Notes: generated by a model from the sequence alone, not told the origin. A stretch of DNA of 64,000 nt from Octopus sinensis (GCF_006345805.1 NC_043021.1:24738001-24802000), one strand, 5' to 3'; shown: positions 35,832 to 49,480, counted from the stretch's first letter. A program made the numbers and translations.

Positions 35832-37142
35832 AACACTCTTGTATGTAAATGGGTGCAAGAGGTTGAATGCATGAAACCGTAAATACTGGAGCCAATGGTA
35901 TGGGAAAGATGCGCATGCACTCATGGCTGGTTGGATGTGCTGACTCAAACAAAACCACATAGCTGATTGCTTGTGTGTCTATGCAGGTCTGTCAGGCCGT
36001 TAAGCACATTTGTATAAGTATGCACAAGTAGGTCGAGAGAGAAAGTGCTCAGGTCTCCTTCACTGGGTTCCACGCGATAGTGTAGAGTGTTCCCTGTCCA
36101 TGCAAATGTTTGTATACAAACTGTCCAAAAGTCTGGTAGACGTTACATGAACTTTGATTTCGCATTTGGGTTAGAAGGCCTTCATCATAAAAGCAACTTG
36201 ATCCTTTCCAGAAAAGGGAGACGTCTTTGTTAAAACATCAGACCCAGCAGTATCCTTAAGCATATGCTCAATTCTAATCCCTGACTCTTGAACAAAACAA
36301 AAACACTAGGGATAGGAAAGAGATTTTGTGATGTTCATGCCTTTCTGAGTATTAAGTGGATTTATATCAAGGATGAATAAAACCCACACCCAGCAACCTC
36401 GCTAAACAAGATTATACCAACTGGAGTATGGTGCTCACCATTTTATTATTCTAGCAATATAGTCTTCCATTTTAGCCACAGAAAACAAGGCCATTAAACA
36501 TAAGTGCTTTTCATACAAGAATTACGAATGGAACTGAAACTGGATTCGACTTTAAAATGAATTTTCCAAATGAAATCCACCTCAGTCAATATCAAAGCGT
36601 GTGTTTCTGGCAAGATTGAGCCAACGCCAATTGAACTTTACTTCCCCCATTAATGCATCCAAGACAACATTCAATTTGTTTCTTTTGTACTGGTTTTAAA
36701 ACAAAACAAACAAAAACTATAAGCTTGGTGGAAGAGACATTACATCATCGAATTCATATCGTTACATTATTTGGCTTTGTCCATCTTGGTTCGAAAATCG
36801 TGTCACCATGGAGAATGTCAATTTTATTAGTCTTCTAAGGAGAAAAAAACACTCAAGTGAAATAAATAAATTTTAAATAAAACCTTTAACAGAAGTGAGC
36901 CGTGCATGACCACATTACCGACTGAGAGAAAAAGATATATAACAATTGCGTTAATAGATTTCTCGTCATTTAAAATTGTTATTTTCCTGTCTGACTTAAG
37001 GTTTCATGTGTGAACATCTTCCAAGAAGGAAGAATCTAAACCACAATGTGCCAGACAAATCACTAATTATCTGATAAGACAGGGACAGAAAAGAAAGGGT
37101 ATGTAGGGGAGGACTGCTCGGAGAAAACGTCATCAGTAGCAG

Positions 37143-37284
37143 ACATGGTGCTGTGGTTTTAAGAAATTTGGTTCTCAAACATGTGGTTTCAGGTTCAGTC
37201 CTACCATGTGGCACCTGGTAGTCTTCTACTATAACCCCAGGCCAACCAAAACTATGGGTAGATAGAAACTGAAAGAAGCCCATC
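37143..37284 (+). mobile_element. SINE family A 5' half, degenerate
   Basis: ggttcagtcctaccatgtggcacc...gaaactgaaagaagcccatc. Confidence 0.7.
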
Positions 37285-38342
37285 ATATACACAATCATAG
37301 AAAAGTGGACATTATTTGAGGATGAAAATGACAATATATAGGAGTTTTCTACAGATTAAATGTAAAAATGGCTCAGGTCTAATATGTAATACGAGTAAAA
37401 GAAAAAAACCATTCAGATTATCCAGGCAATCAGTGGGCAAAAACTCGTTAGCTTTAAAATAAAAAAAAAAAGATCCACTCCAATCTCCATTGTCTATCTG
37501 GTCCAAGTATAGACAATCAACAGATTTTAAATACCTGCTTCAAGGAAGTTTTTGTCTCCTAATTGTTCAGATAGCCTTGACTGATTGAAATTTTTTTTTT
37601 GTGTGATATCATTTATAGTAATTTTGAATTGTTAACTATCAGTGGCTGAAGTAGGGTGGGGAGTATGGGGACTGAGCAGCAGTATTCCAGAGGGATGGTC
37701 ACTTTGAAGTGGAAGAACTGAGAAAGTCTGAAATTCAAGGAATAACACACAACACGGAATAAGAGGAAGAGAGGCTGATTTAAAACTGAGGAGGTTTCGT
37801 CATCAAATTCAAAGACAATTGTAATAACATTAGAGGATTAATGCAGATTAAGAATGAACAAGTGATTGAAACGTGCTTGAATGAGGTTGTTGTCGTTGTG
37901 TAGCCCCAGACCAAACAGGATCAAGCCATCCTATGGCATGCAGATACATAGTTTGACTGTTACTGGACCATTTTCTCAGTTATACCAATGTTCCCCCACC
38001 CCACCCAATCACTTTGCTGCATGCACACATCAACATGAAGATCAGCATGGCAGCCCTCTCTTTCTACTCTCAAGACAAGTCCTGAACACTGATCAATGGT
38101 GATGGTCATAGTAACGGCGGTGGGTAAATACATTCAAAGATGTTGTTCCCCTGCTGTAGTTGTTGATGTTGCACCACCACCCCACCACCACCACCCCTGT
38201 CCAGTGTTTCAGGACAGAAAGTCTGATGTTGCAACGAAAGTGATTCTCTTGTAGTGGTACTTTGTGGGTTGCATAAGTCTCTGGATGTGTGGAGCTGGTT
38301 TTCCATGCAGTGACACAAAACTGTTGACTTTGGGGCCTTGCT

Positions 38343-38392
<50 letters not shown>

Positions 38393-38394
<2 letters not shown>

Positions 38395-38557
38395 CGCAGG
38401 AGTGGCTGTGTGGTAAGTAGCTTGTTTACCAACCACATGGTTCCAGGTTCAGTCCTACTGCGTGGCACCTTGGGCAAGTGTCTTCTACTATAGCCTCGGG
38501 CCGACCAAAGCCTTGTGAGTGGATTTGGTAGACGGAAACTGAAAGAAGCCCGTCGTA

Positions 38558-38614
<57 letters not shown>

Positions 38615-38839
38615 GTGTGTGTGTATATGTTTGTGTGTCTGTGTTTGTCCCCCTAGCATTGCTTGACAACCGATGCTGGTGTGTTTACGTCCCCGTCACT
38701 TAGCGGTTCGGCAAAAGAGACCGATAGAATAAGTACTGAGCTTACAAAGAATAAGTCCCGGGGTCGATTTGCTCGACTAAAGGCGGTGCTCCAGCATGGC
38801 CACAGTCAAATGACTGAAACAAGTAAAAGAGTAAAAGAG
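38393..38839 (+). mobile_element. SINE family A, young full-length copy
   Basis: ggcgcaggagtggctgtgtggtaag...aagtaaaagagtaaaagag, CpGs retained, preceded by a long (TA)n. Confidence 0.92.
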
Positions 38840-40956
38840 AATATATATAAAAAAAAAAGGAAAAACTGTGCTCTTGCATTTTCTGGATGGTATCTTAGTA
38901 CTTTGCTTCATTGTGTCAGCATGATATGTATACAGCATGGTGCAATGGTCTGTGTTTTGTTGTAGAGAGAATGGAAATGGAGAGATGGATCGGACAGGCA
39001 GAGCCCTGAGTAGCCCCAATGTGTTATATGCCATTGATGTATCCATCTTTTGGACAAATGAGATAGCTGTGAAAATGGTAGATGTGATTCTGCCATCATA
39101 ACCTGGAGCTCCTTTCTGGAGAAACCGTTGAAACGGTAGCAGAAACACACTGTCAGGTAACTGATCGAATGAGAAGTGTGCGAAAGCCTGAGGACCAGTT
39201 AAGGAGTCAGTAATTGCAGTTTCTGGTCCCAAAGACCCACTCTTTGACTGGAACCTTTGTTTCTTTTACTGCAACATTTCAACCAAAATCGCACAACCAT
39301 AGTGGAAGAGAATGGCAAACAGCATGGAAGCTCTTGTGTCAGAAACAATAATTTGGGGAACAGCAGACTTCATAACTTCTAGTTCCAACTTAATGCAGAC
39401 ATAATTGCAATAATTGCCGAGAGAGAGAGAGAGAGCTGGGGGGGGGTGAACTGAAATGAAAATTCTGTAGAGTAACATTTAATGTGGACCCCACTCACAT
39501 TTGTTATATGATCTGAGAAAGACATGACTCACTGGTTTCCATGGTGACTGGGTTTGTGCTTCTGCCCATCACCTACAGATGATGGATCAGTGTAAGGCAC
39601 TGACTGCAACTTAACACATTTCACACACAATTTGCTTGTGAAAAAACAATAAAATTACATAAACGTAACTATGAATATATAAACTGAACCTGCCTGGTTT
39701 ATGTAGTTTGAGACGTAATAGAGAGAACACCCAAGAAGACAACAAAGCAAAAAAAAAAAAAAAAAGTGACATCTAAAGTTGATGTTGGAAGTGTTGAAAG
39801 ATGAAAAGGTGCACAACAAAGAAACAAAAAAAAGAGAGAAATGTCTAGTAAACGTCAAGCATGTTTTTAGAATTTTAAATACATTTTTCATATTAGCACT
39901 GCTGAAGCAGTTTTGACAAATCCAGATATTGTTTGATATTTTTTTCCACTACTGTTGAATATTGGTTGTCCAGCCATTTCCTTCCCTGGCCAAATACCAT
40001 AAATCCTTCAGAAAACAAACAGTATATTGAATAAAACATACCAAGACATAGGGGAGGTGGGATACCTTTGTCAATAAAACCAGCCTCTGTTGCACAGAAA
40101 ATGCCATCTCTGATTCATTTGTATCTGAGACTAATTGGAATGGTTCATGCATCTGATTCAAAACACGAGGAAAAGGAGTACAACTCTTACGACTTGTTTG
40201 TAGAGAGAATACAGGCTGTATGGCTAAGCAGTGCCCTTCCCAACCACAAGGTTTCAGGTTCAGTCCCACTGAATGGTACCTTGGGCAAGCGTCTTCTATT
40301 ATAACCCCTGGACTAACCAATGCCTTGGGAGTGAATCTGATAGACAGAATCTGAAAGAAACTTCTGTGTGTGTGTGTGTGTGCACGCATTTGTGTTCCTC
40401 CAGTTAATCACTGGCACTCAAGTCATTGAAATGCAATAGCTTTAAGAGCGAGTCAAGCCCATCAGAGTTTTTAGAGACAGACATACAGACAAGCAGAATA
40501 AGGATCAATTCAGAATATCAAAATGGATCTCCAACTGTAGTCCAATATCCTGAATGAGGTGAAGTAGTAGTTGAAGAGATTATGCAACATTCATGCATTT
40601 CCTAGCAGTCTTGCAGCATGAACAGCTCTTTCTGATGAACACACATTCCAAACAATTGCTTCCTCCCTTGCCTGTCAATGGCAAAATATGTCGGAACTAA
40701 TAACCTGCAGCCACATATCCAACTGCCCACCATGACCACCACCAATGACCCAAACATTGAGTTGTCTGAATGACAGTCAACGTGGGCAAACAGCAATGGT
40801 GAGATTTGAGTTGATGACAAAAAGGTCTTCAAGAGCACAAAACTGAGTCTCAGAACTATGGCAACTACATACAAGTCTGTTCAGACACCAGCTGTTAAAA
40901 AGCTTAAAAAGAATGATGGTCTTCAATCTGAAAGGGACACCATTTCACATCCTTAA

Positions 40957-41547
40957 CCCTTTAGCATTCAGACTATTCTGTCAATTGCTTTGAATTAACC
41001 ATGTATTATCTCATAGGTTTGAGATTTCAATAATGCAATTATATTTAGAATTACACTAGCAGTATTGCTTGGTGTTGCTCGGGTTTGTTTTGACCCTTAA
41101 GAATTGGAATTTTTGAAAAGTAAAAATTTTGCATTATGTAGCTTGTTATTCTCTTTAAGTGAACATTTTTCTGGTTGAAATACACCGAAAAATGGCGACA
41201 TAGCAGTAAAAAGAAATCGTAAAAAATAGGGATTTTCATAAAAAAAAAAGCACCTTTTTGATATAAATAATTTTTGGTGTTAACATGGTCCGATTTGAAT
41301 TTTTCCTTCTACCGAAGGAAGAGCAAGCCTTCTTCTATCATACTCTCAATTTTGGTCAGCTTGTGCCACAGGGTCTCAGAGGAGATAGTGTTAAATGAAG
41401 GCTACCAAACCTGCCATACACAGACAGCTTCAGCTTCATATAGAGAGAGAGATTGTAGAATAGGTGCAGGAGACTAGATCTGGTCAGTTTCACCAAAAGT
41501 CCAGTAGAATATTTGGGCTGGATGTGGCCAGTTTAAATGCTAAAGAG
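40957..41547. mobile_element. TTAA-type MITE interrupted by a Helitron
   Basis: TTAA|ccctttagcatt ... aatgctaaagag|TTAG; matches 52444-52664 once 41056-41452 is removed. Confidence 0.8.
41056..41452 (-). mobile_element. non-autonomous Helitron
   Basis: The minus strand starts TC and ends with a hairpin-like cccgagcaacaccaagcaatactg followed by CTAG. It sits between host A and T with no TSD. Confidence 0.75.
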
Positions 41548-41870
41548 TTAGACTAGAATTGAGCGCAGCAATGCCAGAAAGATGGATGGTTACATAATAG
41601 CAGCACGAGCCAGGCTGAAGCACCCCTCTGTCAGGCTAAATAAGATTATCCAAGTGACAGGAAGAGTAACTTCAGCTGAAGAAATTCATTTACCCCCCCC
41701 CTCCCCATTGCAATTACGATATTAATTATAACAGATTTCTATTTGTAAAGTCAAATGGTTGATCCTGCATTTTGGCCGTGTTGCCTTTCAGGCCAACTTG
41801 CATTAAAATCCTTCATGGACTCATCCACCCTGATCTGATGATCAATGGAACACGTTAACCCTTTTGTTAA

Positions 41871-42028
41871 CAGATTTCTGTTGAAATACCCTGACTTTGT
41901 TTCATTTAATTTTGACAATAATGAAGAATTTAGAAAATAACTGAAATTTTGTTTTTATTGAAATCACTTTGAAACAAAAAGTTCATATCATACAAGGACA
42001 GCTTAAGGCAAGATGGAATGAAAAGGGG
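41871..42028. mobile_element. TTAA-type MITE, degenerate
   Basis: ttaacccttttgttaac ... aaaaggggttaa. Confidence 0.55.
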
Positions 42029-42327
42029 TTAAGGAAATTAAGCCAAAAGCCTAATCAAGATAGTTAATTGCAGCTAGTAGAGGAAATATCAATTAGAATG
42101 TAGGAATGAACTCAACAAATATAAAGAATAAGACACTGCCATCAAACTGGGAGTCTTGGTAACCAAAATATTACTAATTCACAACTTAATCCTACAAAAA
42201 AAATAATAAAAAGCTTGTAGTTTTGTATGTCTACAAATTTATCGAGTCTCAACATTTTAAAGAACAATCCTGGGTTTTTTAATGCACTAAGTCATCATTG
42301 ATGCCATACCAATTAATGGATTGCTGA

Positions 42328-42404
<77 letters not shown>

Positions 42405-42406
<2 letters not shown>

Positions 42407-42811
42407 CGCAGCAGTGGCTGTGTGGTAAGTAGCTTGTTTACCAACCACATGGTTCTGGGTTCAGTCCCACTGCATGGCACCTTGGGCAAAGGTCTTTTAC
42501 TATAGCCTCAAGCCAACCAAAGCCTTGTGAGTGGATTTGGTAGACGGAAACTGAAAGAAGCCCGTCGTATATATGTATATATATATATATGCGTGTGTGT
42601 GTTTGTGTGTCTGTGTTTGTCCCCCTAGCATTGCTTGACAACCGATGCTGGTGTGTTTATGTCCCCGTTACTTAGCAGTTCGGCAAAAGAGACCGATAGA
42701 ATAAGTACTGGGCTTACAAAAGAATAAGTCCTGGAGTCGAGTTGCTCGATTCAAGGCGGTGCTCCAGCATGGCGGCAATCAAATGACTGAAACAAGTAAA
42801 AGAGTAAAGAG
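42405..42811 (+). mobile_element. SINE family A, young full-length copy
   Basis: As 38393-38839; directly follows ~75 bp of (TA)n. Confidence 0.92.
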
Positions 42812-43083
42812 AATATATCGTTGCTTGTTGTGTGTCCAAATTTGGCCAAATGCGTTTGTAGTAAGTCCCACAAATGACAATTTTGTAATAATATTTCTGA
42901 CTGAAAATATCATAGATGCACGGAGTTACGATTTTATGCACCCAACAAAAGTATTATTGTTAAGCTGAAACTGTTGCTAATGTAAAAAGAAATGGTGATA
43001 CTATTTTCAAGTTTTTTGAAAAAGTAACATTTTGGACTTATGACACTTTTGCATAATAGCAATGATATATACACACACACATT

Positions 43084-43510
43084 TTTTCTTTTATCTTTCA
43101 GTCATTGGACTCTGGCCATGCTGGGGCACCATCGTGGAGAATTTTAGCTGAATGAATCAACTCCAGCACATATTTCAAGCCTGGTATTTTTTCTATCAGC
43201 TTCTTTTTCTAAACCATTAAGTTACAGGGATGTAAACACACCAACACCTGTTGGCAAACGATGGAGGATAAACAGATACAAAGAAACATACACACAGACA
43301 TATAAATACGCACACACACGGTGGGCTTCTTTCAGTTTCCTTCATCCAAATCCACTCACAAGGCTTATTTCTGTTTCTGTATACCAAATCCATTCACAAG
43401 GCTTTGGTTGGCTTCAGGTTAAAGTAAAAGACACATCCATAAGGTGCACACACACACAGTGGAATTGAACTCAAGACCACATGGTTGAGAAGTGAGCTTC
43501 TCGACTGCAC
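43084..43510 (-). mobile_element. SINE family A, degenerate
   Basis: ttatctttcagtcattggactctggccatgctgggg...gggcttctttcagtttcc...gtggaattgaactcaagaccacatggttg. Confidence 0.7.
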
Positions 43511-43805
43511 GGTCAAGCATATACATCATCACACACCCATTCAAGATCAGTTTCTCTTGTTTTGTATAACAGCGAAATACGCATGATTAATGCAGAATCT
43601 CTGAAAGACAATACATTATGATTCATTTGGGTAGAATGAGAATTAATAATTTAGGGATAAAGGATGGATGCCAGTTGTTGTTTAGGCCCAGGTGAGCTGA
43701 CCAAGTGAGCTGACCTAGTATCAAAGAGTTCCAGCAATGGACAGTTCCAGTAAATCAAAGGTAATTCAATTCAATGTAACAAATTTTTTTTTTTTCTCTT
43801 TTTGA

Positions 43806-44596
43806 AGGTGGCAGTGTGATGATGGTGGCAGTGGCGATGGTGGCGGTGGTGATGGTTGCAGTAGCAATGGCGATGGTGGCAGTGGTGATGGCGATGGTGG
43901 CGGCGGCGATGGTGGGAGTGGCGGTGGTGGCAGCGGCGATGGTGGCAGTGGTAATGGTGGGGGCGGCGATGGTGGATGGTGGCAGTGGTGATGGTGGCGG
44001 CAGCGATGGTGGCGGTGGCGATGGTGGGAGTGGCGGTGGTGGCAGCGGCGATGGTGGCAGTGGTAATGGTGGGGGCGGCGATGGTGGATGGTGGCAGTGG
44101 TGATGGTGGCGGCAGCGATGGTGGCGGCGGCGATGGTGGGAGTGGCGGTGGTGGCAGCGGCGATGTGGGAGTGGCGGTGGTGGCAGCGGCGATGGTGGCA
44201 GTGGTAATGGTGGGGGCGGCGATGGTGGCAGTGGTAATGGTGGGGGCGGCGATGGTGGATGGTGGCAGTGGTGATGGTGGCGGTGGCGATGGTGGGAGTG
44301 CGATGGTGGCAGCGGCGATGGTGGCAGTGGTAATGGTGGGGGCGGCGATGGTGGATGGTGGCAGTGGTGATGGTGGGGGCGGCGATGGTGGATGGTGGCA
44401 GTGGTGATGGTGGCGGCGGCGATGGTGGGAGTGGTGATGGTGGCGATGGTGGGAGTGGTAATGGTGGCGATGGTGGGAGTGGTGATGGTGGCGATGGTGG
44501 GAGTGGTGATGGTGGCGATGGTGGGAGTGGTGATGGTGGGAGTGTGATGGTGGCGATGGTGGGAGTGGTGATGGTGGCAGTGGCGATGGTGGGGGC
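43806..44596. repeat. GC-rich (GGT/GGC/GAT) minisatellite with 112-bp and 24-bp higher-order units
   Basis: gatggtgggagtg recurs at 43908, 44020 and 44132 (period 112); a 24-bp unit gatggtgggagtggtgatggtggc follows from ~44420. Confidence 0.95.
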
Positions 44597-45565
44597 TCAG
44601 CTAACAGTGTCAATGGTAATATTATTTTCTAACATTTGGAACACACTCAAAACATTTTCTTCTGGGAGTGGGGGGGGTACAAAGAGAGAGAGAGAGAGTT
44701 TGGTCTCTGAAATTGAGTCCAGTACTTGACCAGTACTCATCGACCTCAGGACGAAATGCAAAGTTGACCTCAGAATGTAAAGGGTGCAAGCAAATACCAC
44801 AAGACACTCTCCTGGTAATAATATCACAGGTAACGAGGTGGTGGTAGTGTTTACGGTAACATTGTCAGTGTTGGTGAGGTGAGTAGTTAAGAGGACCCCA
44901 AGTCATCTTTTAACAGATCGCATTCAGAATAACAGCCAGTGTGTTGTTCTCTTATTTGAAGATGGCAAAATGATTTGGCTGCTGTTTCCAGCAAGTCGAA
45001 TGACTATAGAGGCTTCCCCCCATTGGCCCATGACAATTATTTAGTGGCAGGGAGGCTGGAAACAGTTACAATAATAGAGATGGGAAGGCTGTAGCAGAAG
45101 TATGTGGCAGTGGGGGGTGGGGGATAGTCACCAGCAGTAGCAGGGGGGGGAGCAGTATATCGCGCCTTGCTTTTAGTGAGGGTGGTGGTATGGTGGCGGT
45201 GGTGCGGTGGTGGTGGTAACAGTAGCCATAATGTTTCAGTAATATCAATAATGATGGCAGTGTCAACAATTGTGGTAGAGAGATATATCGATGAAAGCAG
45301 CAGCAGCAGCAGCAGCAGCAGCAATACCATTAGTGATTATTTCTAATGGAGAGAAATGATAATAGCAGAAGAGGGTAGCCATGTTGGACAGGTAAGAATA
45401 ATAGGGAGGAGGGAGGGAGGGGGAGGAGGAGGCAGTGATGTTTATAGGAATGGCAGTATGGAGAGGTGGAAGGGGGGGGAGCGATCTTGGCAGGAATAAA
45501 TTATATATTCGAATAAAACAAGTTTTATTTTTAACATAAGAGGTAAATATTTCATATATATATAC

Positions 45566-45626
45566 ATCATCATCATCATCATCATCATCGTTTAACGTCC
45601 GCTTTCCATGCTAGCATGGGTTGGAC

Positions 45627-45664
<38 letters not shown>

Positions 45665-45780
45665 CCTGCTCGCTTAGCCGGCAGGGTGTCGTCATTCGAA
45701 GGCTAAAACAATGCGAATCGCATTGTGACCAGCGATGTGTAACTACATCTGATGGACTGGTCGGTCACGTGATCACGTGA
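45566..45780. mobile_element. family B tail (minus) and family C 3' end (plus) joined by (TA)n
   Basis: (cat)n cgtttaacgtccgctttccatgctagcatgggttggacgg-(ta)n-ttggcctgctcgcttagcc...tcacgtgatcacgtga. Confidence 0.8.
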
Positions 45781-46008
45781 TATATATATGTATATATATA
45801 TATATATATCAAAGACTAAACATACAAAATTGTTTTCACACACACATTTAGGTAGGCAATGAGTAGTCGGAGGAATAAAGAGACAAGGATGGTGATGGTA
45901 ATGGTGATGGGTTATAGATTAATAATAACCATAGTGGTTACTGTGCCAATTACGGAATTATTCTATTGTCAGCTTTTAGCAAAATATAAATAAAAAAAAT
46001 CTATAATA

Positions 46009-46177
46009 GCAGGAGTGGCTGTGTGGTAAGTAGCTTGCTAACCAACCACATGGTTCCGGGTTCAGTCCCACTGCGTGGTACCTTGGGCGAGTGTCTTCTG
46101 CTATAGCCCCGGGCTGACCAATGCCTTGTGAGTGGAATTTGGTAGACGGAAACTGAAAGAAGCCTGTCGTATATATG

Positions 46178-46208
<31 letters not shown>

Positions 46209-46412
46209 TTGTCCCCCTAGCATTGCTTGACAACCGATGCTGGTGTATTTACGTCCCCGTCACTTAGTGGTTCGGCAAAAGAGACCGATAGAATAAGTAC
46301 AGGGCTTACAAAGTATAAGTCCCAGGGTCGAGTTGCTCGACTAAAGGCGGTGCTCCAGCATGGTCGCAGTCAAATGACTGAAACATGTAAAAGAGTAAAA
46401 GAGAGTAAAGAG
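46009..46412 (+). mobile_element. SINE family A, full length
   Basis: gcaggagtggctgtgtggtaag...gtaaaagagtaaaagagagtaaagag. Confidence 0.9.
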
Positions 46413-46725
46413 TATCAGTAGCATCAGGTTCGATGGTTGTTTCTTATTTTATTTTCCAATATTTTGTTTGTTAGTCTCTTTTATTTTTTTATTTAAACTT
46501 TGTGTTTCGTAAAAGGCAAAAAGCAGGAAAATGGATGAATAAAAAATGTGAAATGGCTGTTGGCATAATCTTAGAAAACAGCCAGTAAAACTGCAACTGG
46601 TGCTATGCAGAAATATATGCACACAAGGGAATTAATGGTAATATGCAACAACTATATGCAGAGCAACAGAAAATGTTTGATACAGGGGAAAGAGACGGTA
46701 TACACTAGGACTACCATTAGCACCA

Positions 46726-46760
<35 letters not shown>

Positions 46761-48079
46761 TAAAAAAGGAGAAGTGGAACACGAGTTGTGATATATAAAA
46801 AAGGAAATGAAGAAAATGCTGACAAAATAATTTAAGTAATTTAATTAGGTGAAAGTTCTTTTTACCGGTTGCGCATTTGTTATGCTTATCAAAAGATATA
46901 TTTTTAAGAGAGATAGAGTTCCTTTCTGATAGATTTTTTCCTCATATATATATATATGTGAGAATTTGTTTTGGGGTTTGGAAATACCACCTGAAACTAA
47001 AAAAACGTGTGGTCATTTTTAAATAGATTTATTCACATATCAAACTAGTTTTGACAATTTTTTGTTTATCAATGGTAGAAATATATTTTAAAAAATGGAG
47101 AGGAGAGTAAGAGAGTTTAAAGATACAAGGTAAAAATTGGACAAACATGTTTAAACCATCAAATGTTTACAAAAATGTTAATGAGTTTCTGATAGTAATA
47201 TCAATGGAAATGTTTGAAGATCATAACAAATATCCATTATTGAAAGTTCAAGTCATAATGAGTTTTTATCAAAAAGAGAGAGAGAGAAAAAGGTGAAGCA
47301 CACACATTTGTGTGTGTGTGTGTGTGCATACAAATCCTGATTTGAGTTCAGTAGATATTTCCAAATATGATAATAACTATGCCAAAATATATTTTCAAGT
47401 TCTCTCTCCCTTGAAAATATTATACTACAAATAAAAAAAAAAAAAACCCTACTGACTACTCTAGGTAGATACGAGTAACCAAGTGTAAATCGGGTTATAT
47501 TTAGTAATAGCTTCATCAGATATGTCATCCAAGTTTCTCTCCATTCACTGTTTCGTTTTATTATCATTGGTTCAAGTCCTCACTTTATGTCGCCAGCTGA
47601 GCCTGATTTCTGATCTGAATCAGAAAAGATCAACATTATTATTACTGACACATACTCCAGTGACAGGAAAATGATTTTACAGTTCCATGGATATAACTAA
47701 AATTGGCCAAAATTCTAACTGGTCAACCACTGCTACTCATCCCCAAACCTAACTCTTTAGGTCCCCTGCAGTACAACTGGCAATACATTGAAGTTGTCCC
47801 TATGTTTATTTGTCAAGGTTGTTGAAAAATCGAGCGATGCAAAACTGTCCAACAACCATGCCAACAAGACTTCTATATCCAAACATTTAAGATTTTGCAA
47901 AACGAAACCTTTGCTTGGCACCAGCAAGTTACACCGACACTCGTAAGATTTTTTTGGACAACTAATATTGCAAGAATATTGGACAGCACTTCAATCTCAA
48001 TAATATTCAGAGACAAAACAAGTCACTGGGACTTGACATACACAGCAGACAAAAATTATTTGAAATTTGATAACCATTG

Positions 48080-48320
48080 GTGGCACGTTAAAGGCACCAA
48101 CCGATCGTGGCCGATGCCAGACCCCCTCTGGCACCTGTGCAGGTGGCATGTAAAAAGCACCCACTACACTCGCGGAGTGGTTGGCGTTAGGAAGGGCATC
48201 CAGCTGTAGAAACACTGCCAGATCAGACTGGAGCCTGGTGCAGACCCTGGCTTCCCAGACCCCGGTCAAACCGTCCAACCCGTGCTAGCATGGAGAGCAG
48301 ACGTTAAACGATGATGATGA
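48080..48320 (+). mobile_element. RTE-tailed family B, young copy
   Basis: tggcatgtaaaaagcacccactacactcgcggagtggttggcgttaggaagggcatccagctgtag...gacgttaaacgatgatgatga. Confidence 0.85.
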
Positions 48321-49339
48321 TTGGCATAGATATGGCTGTGTGACCGAGAAGCTTGCTTCCCAACCACATGGTCTCAGGTTCAGTCTCAGTGCATGTCACC
48401 TTGGGCAAATGACTTCTACAGACACAGGCCAGCCAAAGCCTTGGGAGTGGATATGATAGATAGAAACTGAACGAAGCCTGTCATGATGCTTGTACCTCCT
48501 TACATTGACTGCATGTGACAAATGTAAATGAGTGTCACTGTCATACAAGCAGTGTCATTTCTTCCCAACATTCTGCAAGTGTCTGACCATGAATTATTAC
48601 TTTACTTGGAAACAGGTGAGGGTTAATGACAGGAAGAGCATTCAGCCATAGAAAATCTTCTTCAATAAATGCCAACCAACCCATGCAAGCATGGAAAAGG
48701 ACATTGAGAGTTTTGAAGACTTGTTGCTTTCAAGAAGCTGTCTTTCTGCATTTTATCTCAAAAGTAATTTTTTCATATCATTATCATCATTTAACGTCTG
48801 TCTTACATGCTGGCATGGATTACACAATTTGATAGGAGAGGGCAAGGCTGGAGAGCCGCACCAGGATCCACTGTTTGTTTTGGCATGGTTTCTATAGCTG
48901 GATGGCCTTCCTAATGCCAACCATTTTACAGAGTGTACTGGGTGTTTTTTTTTTTTTTATGTGGAACCAGCATTGTTACTTTTTTACCATCAAAATATTT
49001 AAGACTCTTGCAGCGACACAACACACACACACACACACACAGAGCTTGTCATATCAGTGCTAAATGGTTGAAAGTGGTGCTTCCCCATGGCCAAGCAGGT
49101 TTCCACTAAATATTGGAAACAAATGACACTGCTTGTATGACACTCAATTGCAACTCTCAGACAACATCAAAACAAGGACACACAAATGCACACGTGAAGG
49201 ACTTCTTTCAGTTTTGCATCAACGAAATGCATTCACAAGGCTTTGGTTGGTTCAGAGATATAATAGAAGAAACCTGCCCAAGGTGCAACACAGTGGGACT
49301 AAAACCAAAACCAGTTGGCTGAGAAGCTCCTAGCTATTC

Positions 49340-49480
49340 ATATGCATTATTTACAATTGACAGATATTTGTCCTCATCTTGTTTGTTGTTTCCACTGATA
49401 TACCCTCCAGCCTTCATCAGGTGTCTTGGGGAAATTTCGAACCTGGATTCTCATTCCTAAGGTATTTTTTGATGTTGTTG

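Noticed and set aside
35425-35960. Poly-His, Ser/Pro and Met/Val ORFs
   Set aside because: (GAT/GGT)n repeat open in several frames; no flanking coding context.
36000-36830. Coding-looking unique segment
   Set aside because: The frames I translated are interrupted and show no motif I can name; left unclassified.
38106-38703. Recurrent ORFs such as MSSNARGTNTDTQT... and MLGGQTQTHKH... (also at 33.2, 42.4, 46.0 and 52.7 kb)
   Set aside because: They are readings of SINE family A, not a protein family.
38900-39400. APGYDG-like motif as a LINE RT fragment or exon
   Set aside because: Only one weak motif; the downstream YRPISL-type motifs are not convincing.
43771-44729. 280-aa His/Pro/Ala-rich and Gly-rich ORFs
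   Set aside because: Minisatellite; the 112-bp unit shifts frame, and both strands are open.
47761-47942. Plus-strand exon with branch point, acceptor and gtaaga donor
   Set aside because: Open 60-codon frame but no homology or partner exon; kept only as a pointer in the 37-57 kb finding.
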